DNA of 64,000 bases from Catajapyx aquilonaris. Lineage: Eukaryota. The notes under the pieces are model-generated. The model was given only the letters and a program-made list of their open reading frames with translations. It was not told where the DNA came from and searched no databases. A program made the position numbers and the translations under genes. Shown here piece after piece: positions 26,588 to 39,689 of the stretch. Location of the stretch: the NCBI GenBank assembly GCA_000934665.2, contig KZ537955.1, forward strand, positions 124,001-188,000. Reading direction: 5' to 3'. Positions within the stretch are counted from its first letter, which is position 1, and each line of letters begins with the position of its first letter.

Positions 26588-28483
26588 TTGTCATAATTTC
26601 ATGTGTGACGTGACTGCTTTTTGGTGAGGACCGGTGATGGTTCTTCTAATATGCAGAGGCAGAAGGGAGGTCACGAAGATCTTCTTGCGGCCTTAGAAGT
26701 AGTCGTGGTGGTGCCCAGCGGGGTGCACCCCATAGAATTATAGTGGGGGTCAAAACCGTGTCATCAAATTCCAAAGATGCCTACAAATTTCACTTATTTC
26801 TTTCCAATTTTGGTCCGCGTGCTTCATTCATATGCCGGCATTTTTATTTCGTATACATTGCGACAGTTACCAGGAGTTATTGTCGGTTTCGAGTAGTTTC
26901 ATGAATTTAAAAAAAAAAAACGGGCATATTTCACGCTGCGCTAGCGGTATCAAAATGGAACGAGGTCGTTTGAATTCATGCACTTTATACGTTTAGGAAA
27001 ATTGACATATCAAGCGGACATCCCGTCGCTCAAGCACTTGAGACAAAAGTCTCCACGCACAGAAAAATGCTGGCCAAAATTTGCATGCCCAAATTTTTGA
27101 CTTGAAAATACAAAAGTCGCCACCGCAACCGTTGAGATAAGAGATAAAGGCTGGGAGGGAAAACTCACCTTGCTCAGAAGTTTCCATATTTGGTGGATCC
27201 GTATTCAGAGACACCAGCTAAAGATCAATTTATTTGCATAATTATCCTTGGATATGGACGTGACGAAAGGGTTGCTTCTTATCTTTTCATTTGTGTTTTT
27301 TTTTAACGTATACATGTGTGCGTGTATGAAGCACAACTTGACTGACATGTCCAAGTGTGCGTATGTGTTGTTTCGGAGGCTGCGGAGCTGGGCGGTTACA
27401 AGACGTTGTTACGTCCCTGCGCGAAAAAGGGAGTGGGGGAGGGGGTTTTTAAAAAATGGGGTCACCTAATCGCCAGACGTACACGTCAAAGGTGACACCT
27501 TGTTTCACCACTTGAAACGCAGATAGCAGGTTTTGAGCCCATGAGAAATGGCCCCCGGGGGTTGAGGTTTCAATGTCGAGGTAGGCAGCATGTAAGCGTT
27601 TAACGCAACCAGATTGAGGTCTGGGCTACTACTCCATGTTATTTGCGCATTTAGCTAAAGGCTCGGGCGACATGGACACGTTTTTTTTTTTTTTACACAT
27701 TTGAAAGAGAAAGTTTTTAAGAACAAATTTTTTTGAGGGGAAGGAGGGTCCATGTTCCACCTACGCATTTTTGCTAACTGGTGGGAAATATAGTGCTGTT
27801 GAAAAATGTAATCCGAAAGTCCTAATCAATCAAGTCAGCCCCGATTGATTGTGATGTGGAAAAACGAGGTCCTGATTGAGTAATTGACAGGGAAATTTCA
27901 CGTCTGGACAACGCCTCCGAAATTTCCCCCCACTATTTGCACCATCCGTCGATCCAAGTGCCAATCAGACATATTGGCCTGCAGAATGAGAGAGAGAGAG
28001 AGAAGAAAGAAAAAAAAAATGCGAGGTACAGCTATGTGCGTGCCGCGGTTTTTGCCATGTAATTTGAGGGCGTGATTTTTGCACCTATTCGCAGGATTAT
28101 TATAATTTGGCAGGCCTCGTCTGGTTTCGCCAATTCTGGATGAACGGTCCCATTTTTCCCCCTCGGGAGAATGTGTTACAATGTTCGTGTGGGGTGACAT
28201 GATATTGTATAATATACATATTTTGTTCAAAAAAATTAATCGGCGTGCCCCACGATGCTTTTGAAATCTTCCCTTTTTAACCCACACACCCCGCTGAGAT
28301 TTAAAAAAGGTACGGGCGTCACAAGGCACGGGAGGGAAATGAGCAGATAATTTCCTGGGTGTCAAATTCTTGAATTCATAATCACTTCTGTGTCACGATG
28401 ATTTGTTGCCCGGCAGAGAGTCACCGATTTTTTCTTCCTTTTTTGTCTGTTTCACTCTTCCATCCTCTTCCCTTTTTTTCCAG

Positions 28484-28530
28484 ATTCTTTGAGGTGGTTG
28501 ACCTGTACCTTCAGAATGCTGGCAACTCAG
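28484..28530 (+). CDS. DUSP11: DUSP11-like exon
   Basis: Long polypyrimidine tract ending cctttttttccag| and donor G|gtaagt. Encodes FFEVVDLYLQNAGNS. Phase 2 to 1. Confidence 0.87.
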
Positions 28531-28997
28531 GTAAGTGGAAACGACCTCGAAACATCCAAGTACTTGTCATAGTAGCACGTTATTAAAAGGAGGTGAACAT
28601 TTTTTTTTTTGTTATACGTATATATGTTATGCCCCCGCCCCATTCCGGCTGCTTGACTTGTTCTGGTTTGGCGCCGAAAGCTTTTGGACGCTTCAAACAA
28701 GGTCCTGATTTAAGACCACGATCCATTGCTTATTTTTTTTTTTTCTGTAACGTCGCACACACATCCGGACCGAAGCGCATACAATGGACGAATAAAGTAA
28801 CGAGATAGGAGAGTGTTCCGGCTCGGTGGCGCCCTTCCTGATAGTTTTATGATGTCCCCTATGAAATCTGACCTGAGAGGTCAGGATGGGCACAAGCGCC
28901 CGTGATGTAATGCTATGCATTTGCCGTGTTGTAACAAAAGGAATGCCCCATGTGTGTGTGCACTGCAAGACTAATTACGCCCCCCTTCCGCTTCCAG

Positions 28998-29058
28998 GCA
29001 AGTTGATAGGAGTACATTGTACTCACGGCGTCAATCGAACTGGATACCTCATCTGTAG
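28998..29058 (+). CDS. DUSP11: DUSP11-like catalytic exon (P-loop HCxxGxNRT)
   Basis: Acceptor ccccttccgcttccag| and donor AG|gtgcgt. Encodes (G)KLIGVHCTHGVNRTGYLIC(R), the CX5R signature of cysteine-type RNA triphosphatases (DUSP11/baculovirus PTP/RNGTT family). Confidence 0.95.
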
Positions 29059-29125
29059 GTGCGTACCGGCACAGGCTTGATTTCTTTTTCACTCACGAAT
29101 GACTCTGGTGTGATTGTGCTTGCAG

Positions 29126-29172
29126 GTACATGATTGACAGGTTGAATATGGAGCCGGAGGAGGCAATAGAAT
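29126..29172 (+). CDS. DUSP11: DUSP11-like exon
   Basis: Acceptor gtgcttgcag| and donor T|gtaagt. Encodes YMIDRLNMEPEEAIE. Phase 2 to 1. Confidence 0.9.
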
Positions 29173-29276
29173 GTAAGTGTAAAGCGGCTTAGTGAGAGAA
29201 AACATTGCAGTATTATCTCTCAATGCTATGAAATTGACAAAAACGTGATGACAATATGAGTTTCTGACTGTTGCAG

Positions 29277-29352
29277 CATTCAACACTGCCAGAGGACACT
29301 GCATAGAGAGGCCGAACTACATTGCCTCACTTGTTGGAAAGGCTGCTGTCAG
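29277..29352 (+). CDS. DUSP11: DUSP11-like exon
   Basis: Acceptor ttctgactgttgcag| and donor AG|gtaaaa. Encodes (S)FNTARGHCIERPNYIASLVGKAAV, containing the F...RGH.IER.NY motif typical of DUSP11. Confidence 0.9.
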
Positions 29353-29413
29353 GTAAAACGCTGCTTGTTTTTTCGAGTGTCTTGATATGCTTGTATTGAC
29401 AACAAATGTTTAG

Positions 29414-29840
29414 TGGCAGCACACCTTCTGGACGAAGCCAGCCGTTCAGAGGGAGGGGCAACAACTCCTTTAATCCTCGCAATGTCCCTCATTACGGGGA
29501 CGGTAGCGGACAGCGAGGCTTTCAGGGCCAACAGTCACAGCCCAGTGGACAGAACCAGTGGAACCGATGGAGCCAAGATGATCGACAGGGCCCATTGGAC
29601 CGCTGGCCTAGAGATGCCCGACAGGACCAGTATGCCCGACAGGAGCCGAACTGGCATCAAGACAGTTGGGATGGCTATGCTGGAAGAGGTTATCGTCAGG
29701 CACAGTACCAGCCTCAGCATACGTACTACCAACAGCAAGGGGGGAATTCATACAGTTCAACCTGGGATTATCAAGAACCTAATTACACGAGCTTTGAGAG
29801 GAACCGGGGCAGAAGTAGAGGGAATTGGCGGAGTAGATAA
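29414..29840 (+). CDS. DUSP11: DUSP11-like terminal coding exon, low-complexity Q/G/R/Y/W-rich C-terminal tail
   Basis: Follows a 61-nt intron ending tgtttag|. Phase 2 continues into the frame of ORF 29406-29840 (GSTPSGRSQPFRGRG...RNRGRSRGNWRSR*). An in-frame alternative acceptor 6 nt downstream (ggcag|, exon start 29420) is possible. Confidence 0.8.
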
Positions 29841-32800
29841 GGATGTGGAAGACAAGTGGTTGTGACTAAGTTAGGCGATTACGGTGCGTAATATGGCCAT
29901 TATAAAATAATTTGATTTTTTTTTCTATTTTCTTTTCATTAGTTTTATTTCCGTTCAGCTTTTGGGAAGTGTTACTAAGGACTTATATTTGTGGAAAGTT
30001 ATTTTGTGTTTAGATTAAATTCAAAGTGAGCACCATCGACGGCATTGGTATGGGCCAAACAGCGAAGAATGTGCCAATGGGAAAGTTATCTCTTCAATTA
30101 TAAAAGATATTTCAGTGTGTGGACAGTGGAACCAACATTAATGGGCAGGTCCCCCGCAGGTCCCACTCACCACCTTACTTGAATGCAACCCATTGCATTC
30201 AGATAATGACGATGGATAAGAATCTGCCTTTAAATGGTTTCCATTATATCTTCTGATTGAAGAGATGTATCCCACTGTCACATGTTGCCATTTTACCTGT
30301 TGACTATGTGAAATTAATCATGGCGTGAAATACCACAGCGAATGTCTGCAATGTATCTAGAGTTAATAAGAGAGCTATTTTTCACGACAAGAATGTGTGG
30401 TAGTTCATGAATGTACTGACACAAGTGATAATTAATTTAATTATAAATTGTGAGTGATGATATTCAGTCCTGTTATTAACATTATTGTTGTTGACTCTGC
30501 GTTTTTTTTCTCTTTTTTTGTTACTTACCGTATTCCCTGACTGGTCATTTCTTGACTTCCATAGAATCAGAGCCAAAGAGGTGGTTGTGGTTTGCATTGA
30601 GCATCAAAGCAATTGTTTTCAGTGACATGGTGAAAGGCGCAAGACACAACTGCTTTCAGTGGAAATGAGGTAGGTTGACACAGTCATCTCAGTCGCATGC
30701 GAAAAATAGCCTTTGTTTATTCTCTCGCGTTGAGGATCACTAAGGAAGTGAGTGGGGGGTCACTTTGGCGCTGTCGATGGCTCATTAACATCGTGTGCCA
30801 GACATGAAGAAAGTGGCAACTAGGAATTATGTCACAGGCTGTGAAAGTGAAGGATTCATATGCACCACAGCCGATGAACCTACACTGTGGTGACGCTCAC
30901 CTGCCTCACCAAGAGACACATAAGTGCAGGCATATTTGTCTCATGAAGAAGCACATGTGTTGGCACCAGTGTGTACAGTACCTCTGAATCTCATCGGCAA
31001 TGCAAGTGTATTGGGGGAAAACCCGTTTTGTGTTGTCCTATATTGGATTTGAATTTGGAAGAACATTTGAGGACTTTAGTCAGAAGACTCTTTTGTTGTG
31101 TGTACACTGGACAGTTCGTGTACTGCGCAATTGGAAATTCTTAGAATTATTGTTTAATAATAATTCAACGAAATGTCAAGTTCGGCGATAAGAATTACTA
31201 GGAAAGATTGTTGTTGTGTACTGTGCGATGTACCGCGAATTAACGCACCTGTATTGAGAACTGCAAAGGCACAAGAGTGCAGCAGCACATAAATATTAAT
31301 GCATCAGATACGAAGGTTACTCATACATATGGCCAGGGCGCAGCCTTCCTATACATATAGCCAGAAGGGAGATCCCCCGCATTACCATAACAGTATTCAC
31401 AAACGGTATTGTTGCATCCACATAAGTCACTCAACTCTGAACTGGAATTACTATAATATATTCTTAACTTTGCCTACCCTAAGCCATCCGGGAATGGCCC
31501 CCATCCAATCCCGTTGAAAAGGATAAGAAGAAGTTTGTATATAAAAAAGAGAGAGAGAGAAGAAATGTCTGATGTTGATGAAGACGTTGCCCCGGTTGAA
31601 AGGCGGGTTGTATTAATAGCGAAGGGCATTAGTGACGCTTGGAAGTTCTTCCAACAACCGCTCCCAGGAAGGAGAAGGTTCGGACCACCAGGGTTCTGCC
31701 CTCACCTCCGGATTAGTGTTGAAGTCCGGGGTCGGCCGGGCCTTCATGTCAACCCGAAAATGCCTTACAGCTTCATTGTGGCCCCCAAGGAGGGAAGGCA
31801 GGCCTCTCTTTAAGAACTAACCTGCACAAGAGCCTGGCCTGTGACCAATTGATAATTGCTGCCTTCGCACCGATCGATTAATGGAGAATATCCGAGGTGG
31901 TCTGCTGGGCCCAGGCTATTATTAGATCCGTAGGTGTTCTGCCCGAAAAATGTGGGGCTCTCTTGCCTTCTGTTTTTCAGATTCCTCTCTATTCACACTG
32001 ATAAACAGAGCAGCAGAATCATTATGAAATACCTCGTGTGTGTATATATACTGTATAGAGATGAACTGAATGAAACCGTTGTGGTCCAATGGGATTATCG
32101 TTGGAGGTCCGTTTGGGTGTGTTATCAGGGCTTTAGATTATGGAGACACGAGTTCCTTCACCTTCCGAGCTGCACTGTAAATATTGGGCGTCGATGGGTG
32201 ACGCTGAATGTGCGGACTTTTATGATAATTTATTGACGGCGCCATGGGTGTAAATTTGTCACGCTTGCACAGGGGGGGGAAAGTAGGTCTCGATCTCCTC
32301 CTCCTTTCCCAAAAAATTTCATGCCTATCTCGCCTACTCGGGACCCCGGCAAATACAGTTACAGGCTCTCGTGGTCCGCCCTATATCAGACTCTCTCAGT
32401 CAGCAGAACTGAGGGGGGAAATTATACAACCCTCCACGACGTAACCTAGATATCTCAATTAGGATGTTGACGACGGGGAAAGGTGCTGCAAACGGGCCAA
32501 GAGAGATGCAATGTGCAACTATATATAGTGCAACAATTACTTCCAAAAGATGGCTTCTGACGTCAGTGTCCTTTGGTTGAAGCATCTGCACAGAACTAGT
32601 GCAGTTACCTATACGTCAGTGCGCATGGGATGGAAAACAATGTCTACATAAAATTCCATGGCTATCTGGCCCTGTTGAGTGGGCGGCGCAAAATGTGTCT
32701 GAGCGTCTAGACGTATTGAGCAACAATGGAAAGCAATGTACAGTATATGGGATATTGTTTCAGGGTCGCGACCTTTCGCTTTATTGGCGGGTGAGTGGCC

Positions 32801-35800
32801 CACTCCTGGCTGCGGATAAAGAACCATTAGATGAAATTATTACTCAGATGCCCTCTCTCTTATACGTGGTGAGATATTCGCCACAATGGATGAGGTGCTA
32901 AGGTCAGATAGTGGATAACGCGAGAGGTCGAATTCCGATGCGACATTGTGACTATATTAATATATGCACCTGCTCTGATAGTTCAGGCATGTTATAGACA
33001 CATTTGCACTTGATATCAAACGATTCATTCTTTTGTGAAGTGCAATGTCTGATCCAATGGCCCGAATTGTTGGAGATGTCGTGTACCAGCCTGTATGAAA
33101 TGTTGTGCAGATAGTTACAAATTGTTTTTAAGGTGTTGTTTAATGCCTCATTATTTTTGCGCCAAAGTATATACCAGTCGCACGTGGCTTATGAATGGTG
33201 TGGAAATCGGTCGCGTGTGGAAGCCAGAGTCCACGTCCTTGCTCATTTTGGGCCGTGAGAACATGCTGTGGAAGCGAGTGTCACCAGTATAAACTGTCTG
33301 CCATGAAAGGTACCGGTACCTACAGTACGGTATCAATTTTCATGCCACTGACCGGGAGGTCACTTCACGGAAGCCTGAAAATTGCTTCACTCCATCCGAT
33401 TAGACTTTTTTTTAAATTTAGCAAATTATATTCTTGCGACAGAGATTTGAATATGAGAATGGCAAGCTAACATTATCCTGCATCACAACAGCCAGTTGTG
33501 CAAGTGTGCTTATAGAGAGGCCCCCGCATGCAAGTATCATCTAAAATCAGGATTGACACACTTTTGCAGGTGGACAAAAAAGAGTTTTTTCCCCCCCTTT
33601 GGCGGTGGTTTGCGGAGGAAAAAGAATTGTGCCCACACTGATTGTGCATGACATTGTTTATTGCCCTGCGTCAGAGGGAAACATGATGTTAATCTCTTAT
33701 ATGCCTTCTCGGTGTTAATCCAGAGCAAAAGGAAATTTAATAATTGAGACCCCACAGTCAGTCGAGTGGCCGCCTAATGACCTTGCTCGCCTTGAGATGT
33801 CCCCTGTCCCTTATTGTAATTCCACCTTTCATTCCGGAAAATGATGGCTGGCTGGACCTGCTTGCATAAGAGGATAACAGGAGGAGGAACTGGCCAGCAA
33901 ATTTAAGTGAATCATTTCAAGTTGATTTTACGTTTGTCCTTACAAGAAGTGCCATACCCGTTGCAAAAATTTGGCGAAACCTATATGCAATCAGTATGGC
34001 AGTGCTTTAATGAGATGGCCCGCTGATTTACCACGGAGTACTATTCTGCACGCATAGATGGCGCCTACTCCCTCTGCACACTCCTGCCACCGTGCGAGAG
34101 ATAGCGGTACTATCAGGTCGGACAAACTTCCGACGGAGAGAATAAGCCTATTAGGAGTATATTTCATGCATCATGTTTGCTGTGAAGCAACTCGAGTGTT
34201 TTACGTTGAGCTGTATCTACTCGAGAGGATTAAGACCTCCTCCTACGTCTATCGGCTGAAAGATATTGTCATCGAGATTGATGAATTGCCCATGCACCGA
34301 AGCTGACCTTTTTGCTGACCAACTCGGAAGCCTATCCTATAATATCACTGGTCCTAAGTGGTGGGCTCACGTGACACAGCTCATTAGGCTATCAGCGGTT
34401 GATATCAAGATGGCATCATCCGTTGTCGATATGAAGCGATATCTCCCTTTGCGGCCTGACGTGGAAAGAGAAAATTTTCCTGTCGCATGTCACTCTCGGA
34501 CTGCAATCAACACAAGGGCGTCCTTTTATTTTTTCCTTCTTTTTCAAAGGGAGGGATTATGTTGTTAGCGGTGACGTGGGGGAATTTGCCCCTGGTTTGA
34601 CACCCGCTAATTTTTAAATCGCCCATCAGTTTGCAAGGAGCCCCGTTGTCAGCAAGCTGGGACTACCTCAGGGCGTGGTGATTTTTCTCAGTGGGTGGTC
34701 TTGCAACGGGCCGCAACAAAAACACTATCATGGGACCTAATCGGGCCACCAGGTCACACCACTCCGACTGGGGAAAGTCTAGCGCCATACCATGTTTTTT
34801 TCCGGATGAGATATCTGCATATGTTAGGTAATAGTCCAGCTACATTGTCAGTCTTGCAGCCATGGTATATAAAAATGGGCTTCCGGTTAGATTATGAGGA
34901 GCTAAGTGTTGACCTGTCCAGATATTGGTGATTGACAGTGGTTGAGCTATTTTGACATCTAGGTTCATGTGAACGGCCGATTAAAAGCAGATAGTGTCTA
35001 TAGTGAGAAGAGAGAAAGGCGGTTTATACTTGGGGGTGTTGGGGGGGAGTGAAGGCAAGATATTCGTGCTCAGATCTCCCCACCCCTTGTCATCAGAGCA
35101 GTAAAATTGAAATCAGTATGGGGGGGAAGAGCCATCAAAGAGCCGGCAAAAGTGCGTCAGGGTGAAAGTGCGTGCCACGCGCTTTCACATTCCGCAGCTG
35201 TGCATACCAACCAACAAAATCCAAAACCCATAATAATAACAATCGAAATAAATATTTGTTTTGGTGCAGATTTGAGGGAAATCCCTGTAAGGTTCATCCT
35301 GCAACTTAGTCAACCCGCCGAAGTTGTTGGCGGCGCCTTTTTCCTGACCAAGACGAAGGAGAAGGGGGGAGAGTTAGAAGAAGAAAAATAAAAAAAATAA
35401 AAATAAAAACGAGAGGGGGAGCCCCACCTAATAATTAATAACGAGCTGGTCTGGATGGGTTCCCACGCCGGACCAAACAAAAGGGCGTATCCGTCGCCTC
35501 TCTTCCGCTAGATTTTATCACCGGAGCGGTAGAGTGTAATATTTGAGCAAGATGGGGGAGTCAGGACCATGGGCCAAGGAAAGGAGCAGAAAATAATTAT
35601 TGACACACCACCCCGGATGGATAGAGAGAGAGAGAAGGGATTGATAGAGGAAGAGGAGGTTGAGTTTTTCCAATGGCTGGTTTAGTTGAACATGGGATGG
35701 AATGCATCTCTCCTTAGAGATTCGTGCGTGGGGCTCGTTCCAGTTACTCCCAAATCACGCCACGTGTGTTGCTTTTCTGTGCTGCTTCGAATGCCGCTGA

Positions 35801-38800
35801 TTGACGGCACGCAGGACTCGGCCTTAACACACACACAAAAAAATAACGGAGGAAATCGCAAAAAAAAAAAAAAATCGTTCCAGGATTTTTTTTTCTGCAT
35901 ATTTGAATATTGCGGACTATGTTGCGCGTCTTAGCTCAGAAGCAAGTACGCTGCAATAAAATTTATTGCTCCCTTTTTATGATCGGTCCCTCCTACTTTT
36001 AAGAAACGAGCCATTAATTTAATTGTAAACACTGGGTTGTTTGCGCAAAGCTGTTTTCACAACTCTAAAAATTGCTGGGGAAAATGTACAGCTTATTCGA
36101 AGTGCGCATTTTTCCATCCCATGTCAACCATGTTTCCTTGGTTAATTAATTTTTTTAAGGAGATGTTGTAGGGGGGGGGGGGGTTGAAGGTTGGCATGTC
36201 TCACCCCCCACCTTTTGCCTCCCCCATTTCCCCCCATCTCATAATGATCAGTCAGGCCAGGTCTGCCGTGTGTGTGCAAGCAAAGGGTGTTGTCCATGAT
36301 TAAAGCGAGTCGCCACCCCGCTGGTCTGTTTTTACGAGGAAGCACATAACCTGTAAGCACAAATTTTACCTCCTGTCCTACGTCAAAAAACTGCCAGCCA
36401 AAATTACCTTCTCATTTCACGCAGAAATTAACAGCCCCCTTCCAGCCTATTTCGATATACTGGAGCTTCTCACCTTTCTCTTTACATATTATAACCGGAT
36501 ACCATGGGGGCAGAAGGCTCTTCATCCCATTCCCCCCCTCCTAGTTTCTCTCTTTATTACCTCAATTAGCCCACCTCACGCCCCACATGGGTCTCCTTAA
36601 TGAGCAGTACACATGTCTGCATAAAGAAGTGGCGACCCCCAATCGGGACAGGGGTCACCATCAAAAGTGCCGGGAGACTGACCCTGAGGTCATGGGAATT
36701 GGCCAACCGTTGCAGGTGTGAATTGTAGGTTTGGTCTAATCAGGGTAATGCTTTTTTATGTATTGTTCGTTTGGAACTTGCGTATACTCTTTTTTATATA
36801 TATTTAATCCGGTGCGACGGACCACCCTCACCTAATGGCCGATTAATGAGTCCATAATTCCCCCCGTCGGCACCGCCCTTTTCGCGGCGTGGACAAAAAG
36901 AGTCATGGGAGAGTTAAAAGGAATAGGCGCATTGGTAATGAGAAGCAGGGGCGGGAGATGGAATTAAAAGCTGCGTGTGCGTGCGTGCTCAATGCGTGCT
37001 CTTAATAATGTGACTTACCAGCAGGTACGACGCGGAATATTCGCTTTATTTAAAAAAATAATACAACCGAACTCTCTCTCTCGGGGGAAAGAGAAGTTCA
37101 CCTGGCGATGAATTACACCGTGAGCTTCTGCTTGATTAATTACGGCCTGATGGGGCGTAGATAACAATCGGCCGGTCAAACAAATTAACTTTTTGCCTGC
37201 ATTTTCCACCCCCTTCGTCTTCATTTCCTCCGCCCCTTTTACCAAGCAAGCGCTAGGTCCAAATTCCAGCAATGGGCGTCTGCAGCCAGGATGCTGACTC
37301 TCTTCACAGGCCCGAGATCCATCGCACTGATTACTGCATATGTACAGGGTGCACATGAACTTCTGAAAAAAAGAGATGGCACTCCTTATATGCTGGAGAT
37401 GGAGAGTCGTGATGAAACACCCTGTATGGCTCGAATTGAATGTCTGTTTGGCTCTCCCCGTTCACTCCAGTTTCGACATAGCGATTCGGTAAATCGATGC
37501 AATCAGGATACGTGATAATAAGCTGACTGGAAGGTAGCCAAGTGTATAAGTTTTTGCCCGGGTAAAAACTAGCTGGCGGCAGAAGGCGTCTTCTTCATTA
37601 CGGCCTTTTGTGCAGCCGTCACCGATTTTTCTCCTCACATTTTTTTGTGTGTGTTCTTGTCTATTCTTCCCCCCGTGGAGAAACTATGTGACTGATAGAT
37701 TACGCTACCCCAGTCCGCAAATCTATTCCAATTAAGGCCTTCGGGTGGCGGATGATGATGAGTGACTTGCCAGATTGCCAACTGCGAAAGCGGATTTTCT
37801 CAAGTGCTATTCTTCGTGCCTGAGCACACCGGTACTTTACTATTATTTGCGCGTAATTGATCTCTCTTACATCTTTTTGTGTGTGCGTCTTCTCCTCCAC
37901 CCCCCCGACCTCCTGGCTTGAAACTGGCCTTGGGATTGGTCAAGACTGCAGCTTATTATGTCAACAGTAGGAACACTGAAGGTCGAGTGGCCCAAGCCAA
38001 ATTCGCAGTCGCCCTGACCCACTCCCCACAGATATTTCCTGCTTTGCCGTGCCTCAACTTTAATAACAATAATAAAAAAAACACACGCAGCTAGTTGATA
38101 TCAAGAGTAAAGTTAAGTGGAACAAAGCTCTTGTCTGATTACAGAATAGTCTATGATAATAAAGAAATTCCTTTGAATTATCTTCTGGCGTTTGTCGTTC
38201 CCGTTTCTGTCTTAATTCACGCCGACTGATAAAGCTTGAAGGGTAAGGCAATTGAACCCTACACGATTACACATGTAGTACTTGTGGGATATGAAGGAGC
38301 AATATCGCGTTTCTACTATTAGATCCGGATCATGCGAATTATTTTTTTTGCATCCACCTGCCCTGTAATAAATGCATTTAAAAAGTTAATACTGTATGTG
38401 TTTGTATGTATATGATCCATGTCTGGAGCGCATTAGTCGGGCGTGACAGCTGCCAAGGCGCCGACATCCGTCATCTTCCTCCTGTCCATCTGTTCCCATC
38501 ACATTTTAAGCCCGTTTTAATTCCTGCATGCAAATGGGGGGGGCCCTTGAGTATATGACGGCTTGACGTTTCCCAGATATTTGACTAGAAATATGTTGTC
38601 GGCCGACGAATAAAGTGTGACTTTACACGGGGAGGTGTGTGCGGAGATGGCAGGCCCTCGCTGCTGGACAAGAAGAAGAAGAAGAATTTTCTCATGGGCG
38701 GGTACCACCTCCTTAATTCATATTCATATTTTTTGGCGGGTGGGACGTGGCGTCCAGAATTCGTCCTTGTCTGACGTCAGAGTCGGGCTCATTTTTTGGA

Positions 38801-39689
38801 GACGCTGACACATACTCACAAAAAGGTTCTGTCCGGATATGCCACACTATATGCTGCTGGTCAAACCATTTTTGGGAGGTGCAACCTGACACCTCCTGTA
38901 TACCTATGGGCCTCCCTATTTGAATACTGACACTTTTTTTTTTTTGCAAGTGCTGGGCAAGTGGTGGGAAAAATTGTTGTTGATTTAATTATCACCTCCA
39001 AACGGCTCGGATATTATTTTGGCAAAAAGCTGTGGCGGCCAGTTGCGATCCCCGAAGGTCACCTGTCAGCAACAGTTTCCAGGTGGAAAATCATAAATAA
39101 TTTGCCACCAGTGGACCTTGAGTGCCCTTTTTTATAGCACATTTTTTTGTGCGTGTGTGCTCCCTGGTAATTTTTGCGAAATTAAAAAAGCGCAATGTGA
39201 TGTCGGGCAGTTAGCGCAAGACAGGGAGTGAAGTACAGGGTGTGACCCCAAAAGCTACGAGCCAGCAGGAGATGCGCAAGTGAGGACAGACGAAAGTTGT
39301 GACTCTTTGGCCAGATTCCTGCGGGGGCACCTGGAGTGTGACATATGAAGCATGTCGGCGGACGCCAGGTGGATACTTTGTAGAAAGTGGCTTGCCCTTG
39401 TCTTGCCACTCGGGCCAGCCTCTTGATTGAGGCTTTAATTCCTGCCCCCACATCCATAATGCCTCTAGACACTCTTTGGCCGATGCCGAATTTCTCATCC
39501 AGGATTGCTCCTAATTACTCAGCCTTCGAGCCATGCCAATTAATTAGTAATCAGCTGACGAAGGCCCACCGGCCCACACTCTTAAGGTGAAAAAAAATTG
39601 CACGTTTAGGTTAACTACCTCCCTGATTGGTTGCCCTTGGTTATGTGCTCCATAATGTAGAAACAGCTAACAGTCATTGCCCTGCAACA

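Noticed and set aside
28998..29058. Assignment as mRNA capping enzyme RNGTT
   Set aside because: No guanylyltransferase domain follows. The frame ends in a low-complexity tail and carries the DUSP11-type RGHCIER motif.
29413..29865. 150-aa alternative-frame ORF overlapping the last DUSP11 exon
   Set aside because: No good acceptor delivers this frame, there is no recognisable homology, and open alternative frames are common in low-complexity exons.
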